A stretch of 64,000 bases of DNA from Camelus ferus (lineage: Eukaryota): contig NC_045697.1 in NCBI RefSeq assembly GCF_009834535.1, positions 114,578,001 through 114,642,000 of the forward strand, in the 5' to 3' direction. The notes below the pieces were generated by a model. That model had not been told where the DNA came from and did no database searches. It saw only the letters and a list, made by a program, of their open reading frames with translations. A program made the translations under genes and the position numbers. Of this stretch, positions 1 to 14,105 are shown in pieces; positions within the stretch are counted from its first letter, which is position 1, and each line of letters opens with the position of its first letter.

Positions 1-389
1 AAATAATCCATCTTTAGTTACTTACAGAATATATGCCAGGGCCAATTCACTTTGGCCATTACTTGGACAACATTCTTAACTTTAGATGTACAAAAGAATA
101 GCTCTATAATTTGGTACGTGTATAACTTAATTTTTAATAATACCCATTTGAAAGTGTCAACTTCTTTCAATTTACCCTGTAAGCACATACATTTCACATA
201 TGTACATAGATGTGTGTATTAAATCACCAGGGCTTGTATTATGCAGGTGTACACAGGTCGTCACACATTCTGATTGGTGGTGCCTAGACCCCAGCAGTTG
301 TAAGATATTTTTAAATCATTCACAAATAATTGATCTTTAAGAAATGTTTAATCTGTACAAGGCAACATTTTGTCCTTTGCATGATTTAA

Positions 390-540
390 CCTATCACTAA
401 CCATAGCAACCATACTATTTCCATTTCATGAATTAAGAAACAGACACACAGAGAAATTAAATGACTTTCTCAATTTTCACACTGTTATTAAATTTCAGGA
501 ACTGAGATACATATGGTCATACTCTCCTTGGAGTGCTGTG
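390..540 (-). mobile_element. MIR fragment
   Basis: Core-like ccatttcatgaattaagaaacagacacacagagaaattaaatgactttctc. Confidence 0.5.
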
Positions 541-2429
541 TTTGAGTGTTTTTAAACACTTGACTCAGATGATAGCACTTCATGCCCCCAACCCACCCAC
601 TCCCCCAACACACACATACACACGCTGACCTCTATGTACAGTTTGCCTTTACTGTTAGTTTACCTACTAATCTTTTTTTCTTTTGTTTTGTTTTGTGGAG
701 AGATGTCAAAACTGTCATTCGATCAGATATAGATCTAAAACTTGTTTTATGGGATTTTTTTAAAGATATGCTCATTTTTAATGTGCATAAAAATAGCGTA
801 TTATATTACAGGACATGGAATCAATTAAGTTAAATTGATTATAATGTGTAGTTTAATAATAATTGGGTCACGTTATGTTCTGGTGTTTTCAATGGTTAAA
901 TTACTTCCAGTAGAACACAAGCATGTTCATTCCTTATTTTCATCATCATCTGATGGCTTCTTTCATAGCTGCCAGTGTGTTAAATACTCTGAGATCAACC
1001 GTGGTTGTATTCATTAGCAAATATTATTGGCATCAGCTTTAGAAAGGATACAACATATACTTATGTTTCAACTATGAAAGGAATGACTATAAAATAGATT
1101 TTCTTCATTTCTAATCCATCATATCAGGGTAGATTGTTTATCTATTTCAAAACATGACTTCATATATGCTAATTAAGTACTCTGTAAACAATTCAAGCAT
1201 CTGGAGTATAGTAGTTAATTCATTACACAGATTCATCAATTTAATTTTACTTTTGAATCTCTGTCCAGTAATGATATATTTTAATTCAATTCAATTATCT
1301 TTTGTTCATTTAGATTTATGAGTTGTAGAACTGAAAAATAACCTCGGGTGTTCCTTAGACTTTTATAAATATTTTTTTTCATGGAACATTGTAAAAATGC
1401 CATTCTATACCCATATAAAATGCTAATTGGGCAGCCCACTTTTCTTGATCATCAGCAAGAGATAAAAGGGGAATTAAAAGGCACCATGTGAAAGATTTTA
1501 GATAAAATGCTTTTGTTGAATGGTGTATTCATTTTCACGACCAGCGCATTCAGTGCAATGAGCCACTCACTTATTTCTAAGTAGCAGTTGTTATTTTTCT
1601 CTCTGGTCCATTATGAACATTAAAGGAAAAAAAAACAAGTATAAGCTTTGGGCCACTTAAAGATAAATATGAAAAAATCTCAAATGGTCAGATAGGCTCA
1701 CTGGCAGAGAATCATCTCAGCTACCTCCACGTTATCCCGCTTTTATAGGCAGCTGTTTGAGTTAAACTTCCTTACATCCACAGACCTCTACCAGCATTTC
1801 CTTCACCCTCTTCACCTTTAATGAAATTCCGTTCTCCTTACTGAAGAGCTGGGATTCTCATTCTAAACAGCCTTGATGCTGTAGGTCCGAGGGAGGGAGT
1901 CATTTTCTGCACCCTTTTTGCCCACACAGTCATTTACAGACATTGGTCCTACATCAACATAAGAAAAATAAAAAAGCATCCCGTTTAGAAATATGCAATC
2001 CTCCGTCTCAGTCAAACAAGAGGAGAAACGGGAAGGGGGTTATCGTAGGTAAAGAGCGTGTGCAAAGGCACATGTAAATAACAAATCATGGCATGCTGAC
2101 TTTTATAATCAGAAAATAAAATCAACCTAACAAAAACTGTTCTGATTCCTTTGAGAAAGTCCAGTTTTTTTGTTTTTTTGTTTTTTTCTGTATAGTAGGA
2201 GTATAAAGTATTGTATTGATTGGCCAATTTGAATAGCATTTTTGAGAGTTGCCAAGGGACGGTCTGGTTTTGATTGCTTACTATGGAGGCTGAACTTCTT
2301 GATTAATGATAATTTATGGCTTCTGTTGAAACTTTGTCGTATTCATGATGTGGCTTATTGTAATCAGACCTTATCTTTCTGTATCATTTACATGCATGTG
2401 TCTTATTGTGGATCTTTGGAAAAGTAGAT

Positions 2430-2900
2430 AGTAAGCATCGTGCGAGAAATACTTCGATTATTAAATTAGGAGAAACACCTGTGAGAACAAATGTGGAGGG
2501 AGCATAGGAAGTCTGGGAGAGCTGACTGCCCCCAGTGCATGTCTTCTCCTGATGCGTGTCTGATCATGGGGCATGTCTGAGTCTGAGTCTGAGTGAAGAA
2601 TGGTAAGAAAAGAAATGAGTTTGGATGAAGCATCTTAGACCAGCATAGATTCTAAGAAAGCTTTAGCCATGCATTGAATGTCCTAGAGGCAGGACTCACA
2701 TTCAGAGACGGCTCACTTCAGTAGAAATGGGCCTTTTCTGCTACCGGTACTGCACTCAGACATTGCACACAGGAGCCTGGGGACAGCACGATCATGTCAC
2801 AAGTGCAGCTAGAGATTTCGAAGCACAGCAGCTGAGACCCTCGGTCAGTCAAGCTCCCCACAGTAGAACTGATGGTCTTATTCTTCCGTCTGATGCCGCA
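2430..2900. mobile_element. Old ERVL-type LTR (LTR16-like), degraded
   Basis: Motifs gaaacacctgtgag...gggagagctg and gatttcgaagcacagcagctgagaccctcggtcagtcaagctcccc resemble LTR16-family sequence; boundaries approximate. Confidence 0.4.
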
Positions 2901-3240
2901 TGGAACACGAGTCCTACAGAAATCAGTACTCACCGAGTTGAATAAAATTAACTTTAATGACAAGTAGCCATAAAAATGAAGGGAATACTTTTCTAAGGAT
3001 TCATACTGAGATCTGTGCAAAATCTTTAAGTCAACTTCCACTATTTAACATTTAGTATCTAATTTAGTGGGTTTCTAATTTCTAGTTCAAATCTATATTG
3101 TATATTTACACTGTATGCATATACGTGATGCCTTAGTTTTCCATAGTAAGTAATACACAAGGTGTACTTTAATCTCAACAGTAGACCTAGACCATTAAAT
3201 CACATTAAAAGCTATTGCCAAAATCTTGACATAGTCTACT

Positions 3241-4127
3241 TATTTATTTTTTTAATTGAAGTACAGTCAGTTACAATTTCTGGTGTACAGCACAATGTCC
3301 CAGTCATGCATACATATACATATATTCATTTTCATATTCTTTTTCATTAAAGGTTATTATAAGATATTAGATATAGCTCCCTGTGCTATACAGAAGAATT
3401 TTTTATCTGGTTTATATATAGTGGCCAATATTTGCAAATCTCAAACTCTTAAATTTACCCCTTCCCATCCTCTTTCCCTACTAACCATAAGATTATTTAC
3501 TATGTGAGTCTGTTTCTGTCTTGTTGATGAGTTCATTAGTGTCCTCTTTTTCCTTTTTTTTAGATTTCACATATGAGTGGTATCATATGGTATTTTTCTT
3601 TCTATTTCTGGCTTACTTCATTTAAAATGATGATCTCTAAATCCATCCATCTTGCAGCAAATGGCAGTATTTTATTCTGTTTTATGGCTGAGTAGTATTC
3701 CGTTGTGTAAATATACCACAACTTCTTTATCCAGTCATCTGTCAGTGGACATTTAGCTCATTTCCATGTCTTGTCTATTGTATATAATGCTGCTATGAAC
3801 ATTGGGGTGTAGGCATATTTCTGAATTAGAGATTCCTCCAAATATATGCCCAGGAGTAGGATTGCTGGATCATAGGGTAAGTTTATTTTTAGCTTCTTGA
3901 GGAAGCTCCATACTGTTTTCCATACTGGCTGCACTAAACTACATTCCCACCAACAGTGTAGAAGGGTTCCTTTTTCTCCACCGCCTCTCCAGCATTTATT
4001 GTTTGTGGACTTTTTAATGATGGCCACCTGATTGATGTGTGGTGATAGCTCATTGTAGTTTTGATTTGCATTTCTCTGATAATTAGTGATATTGAGCATT
4101 TTTTCATGTGCCTATTGGCCATTTGTA
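3241..4127 (-). mobile_element. 5'-truncated L1 (ORF2 C-terminus, 3' UTR, A-tail)
   Basis: ORF-track peptides [32 protein letters not shown] and [10 protein letters not shown] are L1 ORF2 C-terminal. Imperfect TSD ttgacatagt(c/t)ta(c/t)t at 3226 and 4128. Confidence 0.93.
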
Positions 4128-5104
4128 TTGACATAGTTTATTCTTAATGCCATCTTCAGTAAGGAATAAAAGTTTTTTCAAAACCACATTTTGTTGAATG
4201 CTCTGAGGCAGTTGTCATACATTTTCACTTCTGCTGGAGATCATTAGGTAACTGATTAAATATATGAAATTATTTTCAAATCACTTGTTGCTAGAGATCA
4301 GAGAAAGTATGGTTATTTTACTTTTATTCATAATTAAAATAAAAACTTAGCTTCTTTTAAAAAAGTTGTGCCCTCAGGTTTGGAGAGGGAAACAGGCAAT
4401 GCAGTAGACATGAACTTGGAGTCATTCCTGTGCTAAAAAATATCCACCTTCATATCTGCCTACAAGGTTTTGTCTTTTGTTTAAAACCCACATCGAATTG
4501 TGCCTTTAGTTTTAAGGAATTTTTTGCCAGATTTCCCCTGTACCATTTCCTAGCTACATATGTAATACTCTGTCCACTTCCTGTATTCTCAAAGCTGATG
4601 GTGTTCACAGCCATTGCAGCATTTATCATATTGCATTTTCTATCCGAGGATCTTGTTTATCCTTGCACTCTATATATTAAGCTTCTTGAGGTAAGCTATA
4701 AGAATCTGGAAAACCACTCACTCCGTGCAGCACCTAACAGACAGTGGTTGTTAAATAATCATTAGGTGAAGAGAATTACTATACATGGTTAATTTTTGTA
4801 AATTGAATCTCTGCAAATAGTGAAGAATATAAAGATACATAAAATTATGTTACACAACAGAAATAATATTAAGCAAAGAGAGACTGATATACTAGCTAGA
4901 AGATGGCACATTTTATTCTTTAAGAATTTTTCTGGCATTATTTTTTTTTGGTTTATAATCTTTAAACACTCCCAAATTGTTAACCTTTCTTTTTCACTAT
5001 GTACCAATTTAAAAGTTTAATAAAAAATGCATTTCCCACAGTAGTTTTAAGCTCTGCTCATGACCAACTCTTTCCTGAGTGAGGAATAGAATAGAATTTC
5101 AGAA

Positions 5105-5245
5105 TATGGGATCTAATAATCCGAGCTCTTCAATAAATGAGCTGTGTGACTTCAGGTATATCCTTTAATCTCACTGGGTTTTAAGATTTTCATCTGTAAA
5201 ATGAAGGGATTGAACCAGATCATCTCCAAAGTCCCTCCAGCTTCA
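5105..5245 (+). mobile_element. MIR fragment
   Basis: gctgtgtgacttcagg...ttttcatctgtaaaatgaaggga MIR core. Confidence 0.7.
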
Positions 5246-6009
5246 AAGCAAACTCTCAGGTCTTAAAATGGCCTCAGACCAGCGCATCCGACTCTGGGCT
5301 GCTGTCTAATGCCTTGTGGTCCCTTTGTGGTCATCTAGTGGTCCTACAGAAGGACTGCAAAGTGTTAATCATCCTCTCAGGGGAGACAGTCTTTGAAATA
5401 GAAACAAGCAATAAATAGCTGTTTAAATTCAACAATCATCCTACATCTATGATATCTGTTACAAAATTCAGTTCACCACATTACCAAGTATAGCCTCGAC
5501 TACAAATAAATCACAAACTTAGGCTGCTTGGGGGACATTTGGCCAGAAGCTGACATACCCCGTGATCTTCGGATTTTGTATTTTTCATACCCTGATGTAG
5601 TTAACATCTAAATATGGGAAACTTGAATAAGTTCAGCAAGACAGCAACATTTTATGATATAAATTATTTTGTTTCCTAGGTACAGTTTCTAACGTCAGTG
5701 TCTACCTTTTTAAAAATCTTGCAATATCACATAACCTTTTTGTGTTTTAACCTCCTTGAAATTGAAGAATGTATATCTGCGAAAATCCAAAGTAGTCTTT
5801 TGCCACTTGCTGACTTACCTACCAATCTCTACTTTCAGAGACTGGGTATTTACAAAATCTTTTCCTCATACTGAGTCCTAGTACAGGAAAGAAGTAAGAT
5901 TCCCTTTATATAGGGAAATAAAGACAATAGGAAAAGAGCAAAATGAAACCAATATATATATTTTTTAATTTAGAGAAGGATGAAAAATAAGAGGTATAAG
6001 CTTTTCTTT

Positions 6010-6103
6010 CTCTATTAAGTTTTTTAATGGAGGTACTGAGGATTGAACCCAGGACCTCGCACATGCTGAGCACATGCTCCACCTCTGAGCTATACCCACC
6101 CTC
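6010..6103 (-). mobile_element. tRNA-derived SINE (Vic-1-like), short form
   Basis: Reverse strand carries tRNA A box (tagctcag) and B box (gggttcaatcc). Perfect 14-bp TSD ataagcttttcttt at 5996-6009 and 6104-6117. Confidence 0.92.
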
Positions 6104-9100
6104 ATAAGCTTTTCTTTAAATAAAGGAAAATGTAAGTCTTCTACAGACCGTATTTAGGAAGTTTTCTCCCTGCTCCTCAAAAATAAAACCTTTAAGAAGG
6201 GTAGAGTGTTTGTGTTCAGGGGATTCTATCATTCACAGTCATGTCGAATGTCCCCCATAAACACTAAGTAAATGTTTTGAATAAATGAACATTCCATTTC
6301 CAATGACAAAATAATGATGTTAAAATTACTTTAAGAATTACTCTTACTACATGGATATCTGGGCAATCTTTCAACCTTAGTGCAAGCTTTGTCCTCTCTC
6401 CCGTCTCCATCTGATGATGACCAATATAAAATACTAGAGAAGGTCACTGTTCACTGCCTCGGGTCACCTTCAAGTTGACTTTGGTTCAGCTGCCACGTGT
6501 CCATCCCCAGGACTAAGGCATCACATTGGAGAAGAGGGCATTTTCACCATAGCATGTATCTGTCCCATTACCCCAGTGATAGGATGCTCATTACCCTGAT
6601 GGGTTAGTCTTGGCAAATTCAAGATAATACTGAATAAACAGTATAGCAGAGTGAATGATCTTACTTCAACAACAGAAGATGTAAAAATTCAAAAGCACAG
6701 ATCCATTGAGAGCAACGGAGAGGATTATTCACATGGTGGAAGACTCAGTTAATTGTTTCTTTAGGTAGATTGCATTTCTGAGACAAGGCGTGATATATTT
6801 GACCGGAAGTTATTTGTTACATGATTTTTCACAGAATATTTTCAGGAAGTCCTTAAGCAAGAATATAATGATTATGTCATACTGAGCTCAAAGCTAAACT
6901 TTTTAAATTTATTTATCTTTTACTAGCCAAAACCTGGTCTTGGAAGGAAGTTTCCACAGAGGCAAGTGGTGATTGCTCTGTATGCCTTTGAAATCTGTTT
7001 CATGTAAGGAAATGGAGTTCTGAGCCTCATTAATTTTTAAACACAAAGGAAGTACTTGACACACTGTAGTGAAACAAAGTTATAGTCCCTCATTATTAAT
7101 TCACAGATCAGCTGTTCAGGCAAACTTGTTTCTGAATTTATAGCAAACTAAAAGGAGCATAAAAATTATTTCTTCTTTGTGGTCTCCATAAACAGCTTTA
7201 ACAGGTACTTGGTAGTAAGTGTGATATAAACCCCCTTCCAGACAGATCAGTGAAGCTGCAATCAGATTGCAATCCACTGTCAGGTGTTCTCAGTCTTCAG
7301 GTCGCTTTCCAGGACAGCGCCACCACTAAGAAACAATGAGTATGAAAGATCATACTCCCTCCTCTAACAGAGAAATGTGGTGCATTATAGAGTGATGTAT
7401 TTTCAAAAAATCAAATCCAATCCTTAGGACACTTGGAAGAATAGCATTTAGATCTCCTGCAGGGAATGCTCAAATTGCTTGATTTTTTTGGTGGGGGGGT
7501 TACACAGTCTGCTAGAGGAAATCATCAAGGACACGGAGTGATACAAGCAGCCCTAAGACCCAGGGTCGAAGCTGAGATACCCTGAGCTATGCTGGTACCT
7601 CCATAGTTTTGTCACAGCCCCCTTGGACACCTAACTCACTTTCTCTGGAGTAATTCCAAACCTACCTGGTTTCTGGAACAGTCTGGCAAGATAAATAAGA
7701 AAATTGGTTCTGGACTCTTCAGAAGATTCTCATTAGCACAGGAGGAAAATCTAGCTTTCCTGTTCAGAAATCTCATGAACCTCATTAATTAAGATTCATT
7801 AAGAGCAAGAACAATGATAGTAGGTGGTCCTGACTATTTCATGCCAGGCAGTGTACTGGGTACTTTCTATATAACATCTACAGTGTTCTCAATAGTCCTG
7901 CAAATAAGGAATGTATAGACATTGATAGAGAATGAAAAAATGGAAGTTATATAATGCCAACCAAAGAACAGCCTGCTGGAATTGAGCAGAACCTTACCAA
8001 GCAGTCCTTGGATGAGATTACAGGATTCCTCAATCACAGGTCACTAATGTCAAGGACTAGAGACTCAGACGTGGAAATACACAGAGATGCCCAGAATTCC
8101 AGCAGCTGACTTTAGCCCACTAAAATGTAGACAAGATTGAGGAAAATATTAGCAGGTATTGTTGACAACAAGAACTATAGCAGGTGTTTGTGAAAAGATG
8201 ATATTATTGTTAAAAAAAAAAAGTTGAGAGACCAATCAAGCCAAGTATTTTAGGTAGATGCAACTGTGAGCTCAAGGTTATGGAACAGAAATCCTGCTGA
8301 AATGTTTGAGGTGGAGCAGGCAGGCCACTCGTCTCTAGAGGTCAGAGGTGAGTCTGGAGGACAGCCAATTGCATTGTATCGTGAGTGTGGTAGAAGCCGT
8401 CCAAAGTTTTGATCAGAGATGGGATGGGATCTGATCAGAGATGGGAAAGTGTCTCAGTAGCGGGTGTGGAGTTTATTTTCTAAGAGGAAGGGGTGGACAA
8501 CAGTGAGAAAACTAATGGAGATGTTCAGTCCGCGGGCAGACCCACCAGGGCAGAGAGTCCTCAAGGACATGGTGCGTAGAACTAGCCAGTATTCGGGAAC
8601 TTCATCCCTTCCCTGCAGGAGTGTTTTTTTTGTTTTGTTTTCTGGGGCTTTCCTTGCTTTCCCCACCATTTGTTTCACCTCTAGATTTGAAGAAGTTCAA
8701 AAGCATACATGTTAAAGTTAGAAAAAGTATGTCTGTTTCATTAGGCAAATGCGTGTGATTTGGATAGACGAACAGAGGGGCTGAATAAAGAGTAAAGGGG
8801 CCACAAGGTGTGAGAAATGGGACTCGTGCTAAAACAGCAGTGTGTCTTCAGTGCCTCGAGAACAGGCAGCAACTCGAATTCTTTTGCCTCCTCTGCTTTT
8901 GAGGGATTATGTGTGTCCTGTGGGCTATCCTGGAAGCTCTGCGTGAAGTCGATTGAAATGTGATGGAGAGGAGTGTCAGAGGGAAGTTTGGGAAGCTATC
9001 AGGAATAAATCATGAGACGACAAGCATCTCTTATGTGTAAAGCTCTGATTCAGGATACAAGCACGGCTGATACACTGACCCAACACTTGGCTCTCCAAGA

Positions 9101-9220
9101 GCTTAGAAGAAGATCTAAATAAATATCTATGCTTCATGCATTTCACTTGTGTAGTGCACGGCAGGCTGGACTCACTGTCACCGACACTGTTGCCTATTTT
9201 GTTTCCTACATTTAAAATGC

Positions 9221-9470
9221 ATTAAATTGGGAGTTTGGGATTTGCAGATACACACTATTACATATTAAAATAGATGAACAATAAGGACCTACTGTATAGC
9301 ATAGGGAGCTATAGTCAAGATCTTGTAATGGCCTGTAATGAAAAATAATATGAAAAGGAATATAGATATATGTGTATACATAGACGAATCACTATGCTGT
9401 ACGCCAGAAATTAACACACCATTGTAAACTGATGATACTTCAATTAAAAAAAAATTAATAAATAATAAAA
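9221..9470 (+). mobile_element. L1 3' UTR fragment with A-rich tail
   Basis: gggagtttgggatttgcagatac...aaggacctactgtatagc...cttcaattaaaaaaa, homologous to the L1 ends at 53677 and 58685. Confidence 0.88.
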
Positions 9471-9639
9471 TGTGTTTTCCTCCTCCATCTGACCACCGTC
9501 TTCCAACACTAACTTTAGTTCCTTTTGAAAGACTTTGATAATCTCTATCGGTCTGTACAAACTGCCCATTTTCCAATGGAATTTCATGCTTGACTATAAC
9601 ACCATACATTGTGTTAAAGTAATTTGTGTCTTCCTTAGT

Positions 9640-9875
9640 AAACATCTAAATATTTACTTGACAAACATGTATGGCAGTGAACATGTGCAAGACACCATTT
9701 TGTTTGTGTTATGTGAATTAATCCAGGCTTCACAAAACCCTTATGAGTAGATGTTATTCTATACTCCTGTTACAGATGAGGAAACTAGATCACGGAGGAC
9801 CTCACACATGGTACGTGGTACAATTTGAAACCAGATTGTCTGGCACCCAGGACCGCGTTATTAATCCTAGACTAC
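9640..9875 (-). mobile_element. MIR
   Basis: cacaaaacccttatgagtag...ttacagatgaggaaact...gaaaccagattgtctgg. Confidence 0.7.
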
Positions 9876-10007
9876 AAATGCTTTAAGAACTATGACTCTT
9901 CCCTGTTTAGAGATGCATCTTTAGTACCTAAGCCACGTTTTGAATAGGACACCATGAGAAGAGGAAATGGAGAGTTAGAAAAGGAGGAAAAATGTTAGAG
10001 AAATTAG

Positions 10008-10621
10008 TGTTATGCAACCAGGTTGATTTGCCTGACACGCAGCGAGCCAGGATGCTGACATGCCGAAGTTTGCAGCAAAGAGAGGATTTATTCACAAGGC
10101 AGCTGAGCGAGGAGACAGAGGAACAAGTCTTAGATCTGCTTCTCCAAAGGCCAAAGGGTTGAGGTGTTTATGGGGTAAAGAAGCAGGGCGATGTGAGGTG
10201 TGGGGAGTGTGGAGAAAGGTAATTGGAAATAAGAAGAAGCTGAAGTCATAGTCATCATTCTGTGAAGATACAGTTGAGCTAGAGGCTTCTTCACGGGACA
10301 CCTGGTCAAACATGGAGTTGCTTAGCCTGATCTGAGGGTGGCATCTTTCAGCTCTCTGTTGTCAAAAGGTCACCTGGAGAGAGTCACATGTGCCCATTTG
10401 GAAGGTCAGTGGTATTACCCAGTCCTAACCAGCTCAGCTCTAACTAGACACAGCTGACTCTGAGTTCCTGGAAAACAACTTGGACAGACCATCTTATTGT
10501 TTAGACTACTTGCTGCTTAGTGAACATGCAAGTTTTTTTGTAGCAACAGTTAAAACAACCTTGATCAGTGAGGGCAGGTGAGAGTTGTAATGGATGTAAT
10601 CAGTGATTACCCATGGTTTCA
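10008..10621 (-). mobile_element. ERV1-type solo LTR
   Basis: TG...CA termini, perfect 4-bp TSD ttag (10004-10007 and 10622-10625), AATAAA on the minus strand at 10087-10092. Confidence 0.85.
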
Positions 10622-10686
10622 TTAGTAACTGTATAAATGAAGCTGAAGTATATGGTGACATTGTTGAAAATTAGTATGAAATGGGG

Positions 10687-10845
10687 TGGGGGCAGGGTAT
10701 AGCTCAGTGGTAGAGTGCCTGCTTAGCATGCATGAGGTCTTGGGTTCAATCCCCAGTGCCTCCATTTAAATAAATAAATACATATGTATTTATATATGTA
10801 AATATATAAACAAACAAACAAACAAAGCTAACTAACCCCCCCCAA
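10687..10845 (+). mobile_element. tRNA-derived SINE (Vic-1-like)
   Basis: gggtatagctcagtggtagag...gggttcaatcccc head, AT/CAAA-rich tail, perfect 20-bp TSD aaaattagtatgaaatgggg at 10667-10686 and 10846-10865. Confidence 0.93.
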
Positions 10846-11009
10846 AAAATTAGTATGAAATGGGGCATACAAATTATTTCATAGATGGCCTTGATTACAA
10901 GATAGAGAAGTTCCCTCAATTTGCAGGACCATTAAGAACTGTTGGTTTTTGAGAAAATTTACTAGAGTTAAAAACAAATAAACCAGTTAACTGAATGCCA
11001 CTGTGAACT

Positions 11010-11466
11010 GTGAACATGGGGGATTGATTCTAGGATGCCCAAAATCCGGAGATGCTCAATGACCCTGTGTAAAATGGCATGGTATTTGCATATAACCTAC
11101 ACACATCCTCCCATACACTTTGTCAGCTCTAGATTACTTATAATACTTAATATAGTGTAATTTCTATGTGAATTGTTGCCAGCTTTTGGAAAATTCAAGT
11201 TTCGCTTTTTGGAACTTTCTGGATTTTCTTTTTTTATTGAAGTGTAGTTGATTTACAGCGTTGTTAGTTTCCGGTGAAAATCATGATTCAGTCATAAATA
11301 CATATATTCTTTTCCATCTTTTTTATTACAGGTTATCACAAGATATTGAATATAGTTCCCTGTACTATACCATAGGGCTTTTTTGTTTATTGGATTTTTA
11401 AAAATATTTTCCACCCATGGTTGTTTGAATCCAAAGATGCAAACCTCGCATATGTGAAAGGATGTA
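11010..11466 (+). mobile_element. MER2 (TcMar-Tigger) DNA transposon, interrupted by an L1 tail
   Basis: gggggattgattctagga...aaaatggcatggtatttgcatataacctacacacatcctccc...ggttgtttgaatccaaagatgc. Confidence 0.75.
11228..11390 (-). mobile_element. Short L1 3' end fragment nested in MER2
   Basis: tttttattgaagtgtagttgatttaca...aagatattgaatatagttccctgtactata, flanked by tggatttt at 11220-11227 and 11391-11398. Confidence 0.8.
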
Positions 11467-12809
11467 TCAGTTACATACACTGCTTCTAGAATTAGGCTGC
11501 TGTTGAAATTTAATATCGTATTATTTATGTTAAATAGAAAGACACTGTCAAGTGCACAGATTCTAATATAGTATATATAATAGAGTATAATGTACTTAGT
11601 GTTAGAAGTAAGCACAGAGTTCCTTTAAGAAATGGACAACTTACACAGACTGGAAAAGGCACCAATACTGAGTATAATTTCATAAAACATAAACTCACAG
11701 AAATCAGTTCAGAAGACAACTGCTGGTGAATCCATACTTTGTATGTACCTAAGACTATGCATAGTGAGAGAACAGGTAATGATTTCAATCATATTTAAAA
11801 TAAAATGAGCAAATAATGGGGAATAAAATCAGCAGCAGAAACAAAGAAAAAAACTGAAAAAGCTCGTGAGAAGAGTGATATGACAATTTAAGCACTGTTA
11901 ATGGCACAAAGAAATTAAAAGAATTAAAGGAAAGGTTACTGGCCCCTCAAGTCTCCAAACTAAATTGTTGTTTGTTCTAATTAGCCATGTCAACCAAACA
12001 ATACTTTTAATCATTCATAAATCAGAAAGAAAAGAGGTTTGTTTAATGATTTTGCTATCAGATAAATCTTTTATTCTCTTGGAAGAATAATAATGCAATT
12101 ATGTATTGCACTGGATCATTGGGTTTTAGGGAAAATCATTTGTTTTTCTACACTTTAATGCTGAAGGATTGGCATCGAAAAGCTCATCAATAAATAAAGA
12201 TGTAGAATCAGCCTCAAAGTAAACTGAAGCTCATATACTTGGAATGTGCTAGGCAGACATATTTCTCCATATGGCATTTCTAAGTATCTGAGTGCTAAGT
12301 TCTCTGAATTAAAAATGGTCTATGCCAGCCATCCACCACTCACCCACCCATTGTAGACATTAAATTAAAGAACAACATCAAAACGAATTAGCAGCTGGTG
12401 CTCTGAACTGCTGGATATTTAGCCCTGATAATGCAACATGTATCTTTTCAAGTAGGTAGAAGATGCGGAATTATTTTAAAGTCAAAAAGCTAAGCGAACC
12501 GCAAAAAAAGCGTGAACAGATAGGAAAACCTGCTGAGGGGGAAAAGTCAGAGCTGTTAAATGTATTTATCTTCCTTTTTCAGGAGAATGATCTAAACCCT
12601 TGAAAAGAATGGACCAAAGACTGATATTTGCACTCTTTGTATGTTTAATATATTTTCTTGACATCTCACAATTCCCATTAATGGTAATAGCTGTAATTTA
12701 CTAAACACCTGCAATGTATCAGATTTTGTACACCTCCTTCTGTAACACTCACTGGTTATGTATTATTAGACTATGTAACAAAGAAAATAACCAAAGCTCA
12801 GACGAAGTA

Positions 12810-14063
12810 AACATTTTGTTTATCCATTCATTTGTGGGTAAATAACTGGGTTTTCCACAGTTTGGGTATCGAGAATTGTACTGCTATTGCTATTTGTGTA
12901 CAGGAGTTTGTTTGAACACCTGTTTACAGTTTTGGAGGAATCTACACCTAGGACTGATTTCCTGGATCACATAGTAATTCCATGTTTAAATTTTTGAGAA
13001 ACTGCCAAACTGTTTTCTTCAGTGCTGCACTGTTTTACATTCTCATCAGGAATGTATAAGAGTTTTAATTTTTCCAGATCCTGGCCAGTAAGTGTTTTAC
13101 TCATTTTTTCCATGATAGCCATCCTGATGGGTATCAAGTGGTATTTCGTTGTGTTTTGATTTGCATTTCTTAATGACTAATGATGTTGAATGCCTTTTCA
13201 GTGCTTGTTTGTCGCTTGTCTATCTTCACTGGAGAAACTTCTGTTCAAACCCTTTGTCCAGTTTCTATTTGGGTTGTTCATCTTTTTGTCCTTGCAATGT
13301 AAGAGTTCTTTTGATCAGACACATTATTTGCAAATATTTTCTCTCATTCTGTGGGATATCTTTCATTTTCTTGATAGTGGTCTCTGATATACAAAATCTT
13401 AAAATAATTGATAAAGTCCAAATTGTGTTATTTTTTATTTTGTTACTTGTACTTTAGGGGTTATGTCTAATATATCCATTGCTAAATCAAAAATCATGAA
13501 GATGTATGCATGTCTTCTTCTAAGAGTTTTATAGTTATAGATCTTTGATTCATTTTGAGTTAACTTTTTTATATAATATGAGGAAGGAAGCCAACTTCAT
13601 TCTTTTGCATGTGGATATCTATTTGTCACAGCATCATTTGTTGAAAAGATTGTCCTGTTCAATTGAATAGTCTTAGTACCCTTGGCAAAATTAAATTAGC
13701 TGTAGATATATCAGTTTATTTCCAAGTCTCAATACTAATCCATCAGTCTAAAACTTTATCCCTATCCTGGGACCACATAGTTGTGAATAAAGTAGATTTC
13801 TAGTTAAGTATTAAAATCAGGAAATGTGAGTCCTGTTTTATTTTCTTCTCTTACAAGATTAATTATCTATTTTTGGATCCTTTTTAATTCCATATGGATG
13901 TAAACTTTAGCGTTTCAATTCTGAAATATTTTTTTATTTTTATGCTATTGTAAATGGAAATTTTTCTTGATTTCATTTTCAGATTGGTTATTTCTAGTAT
14001 ATAGAAACACAGTAGAGTTTTGAATGTTGTTCTCTGCAATTTTACTGAATTTATTAGCTCTAA

Positions 14064-14105
<42 letters not shown>

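Noticed and set aside
10687..10770. tRNA-like sequences here and at 6010, 28775, 51864, 55771 and 58534
   Set aside because: They are SINE heads: degenerate stems, shared non-tRNA tails and, in most copies, TSDs.
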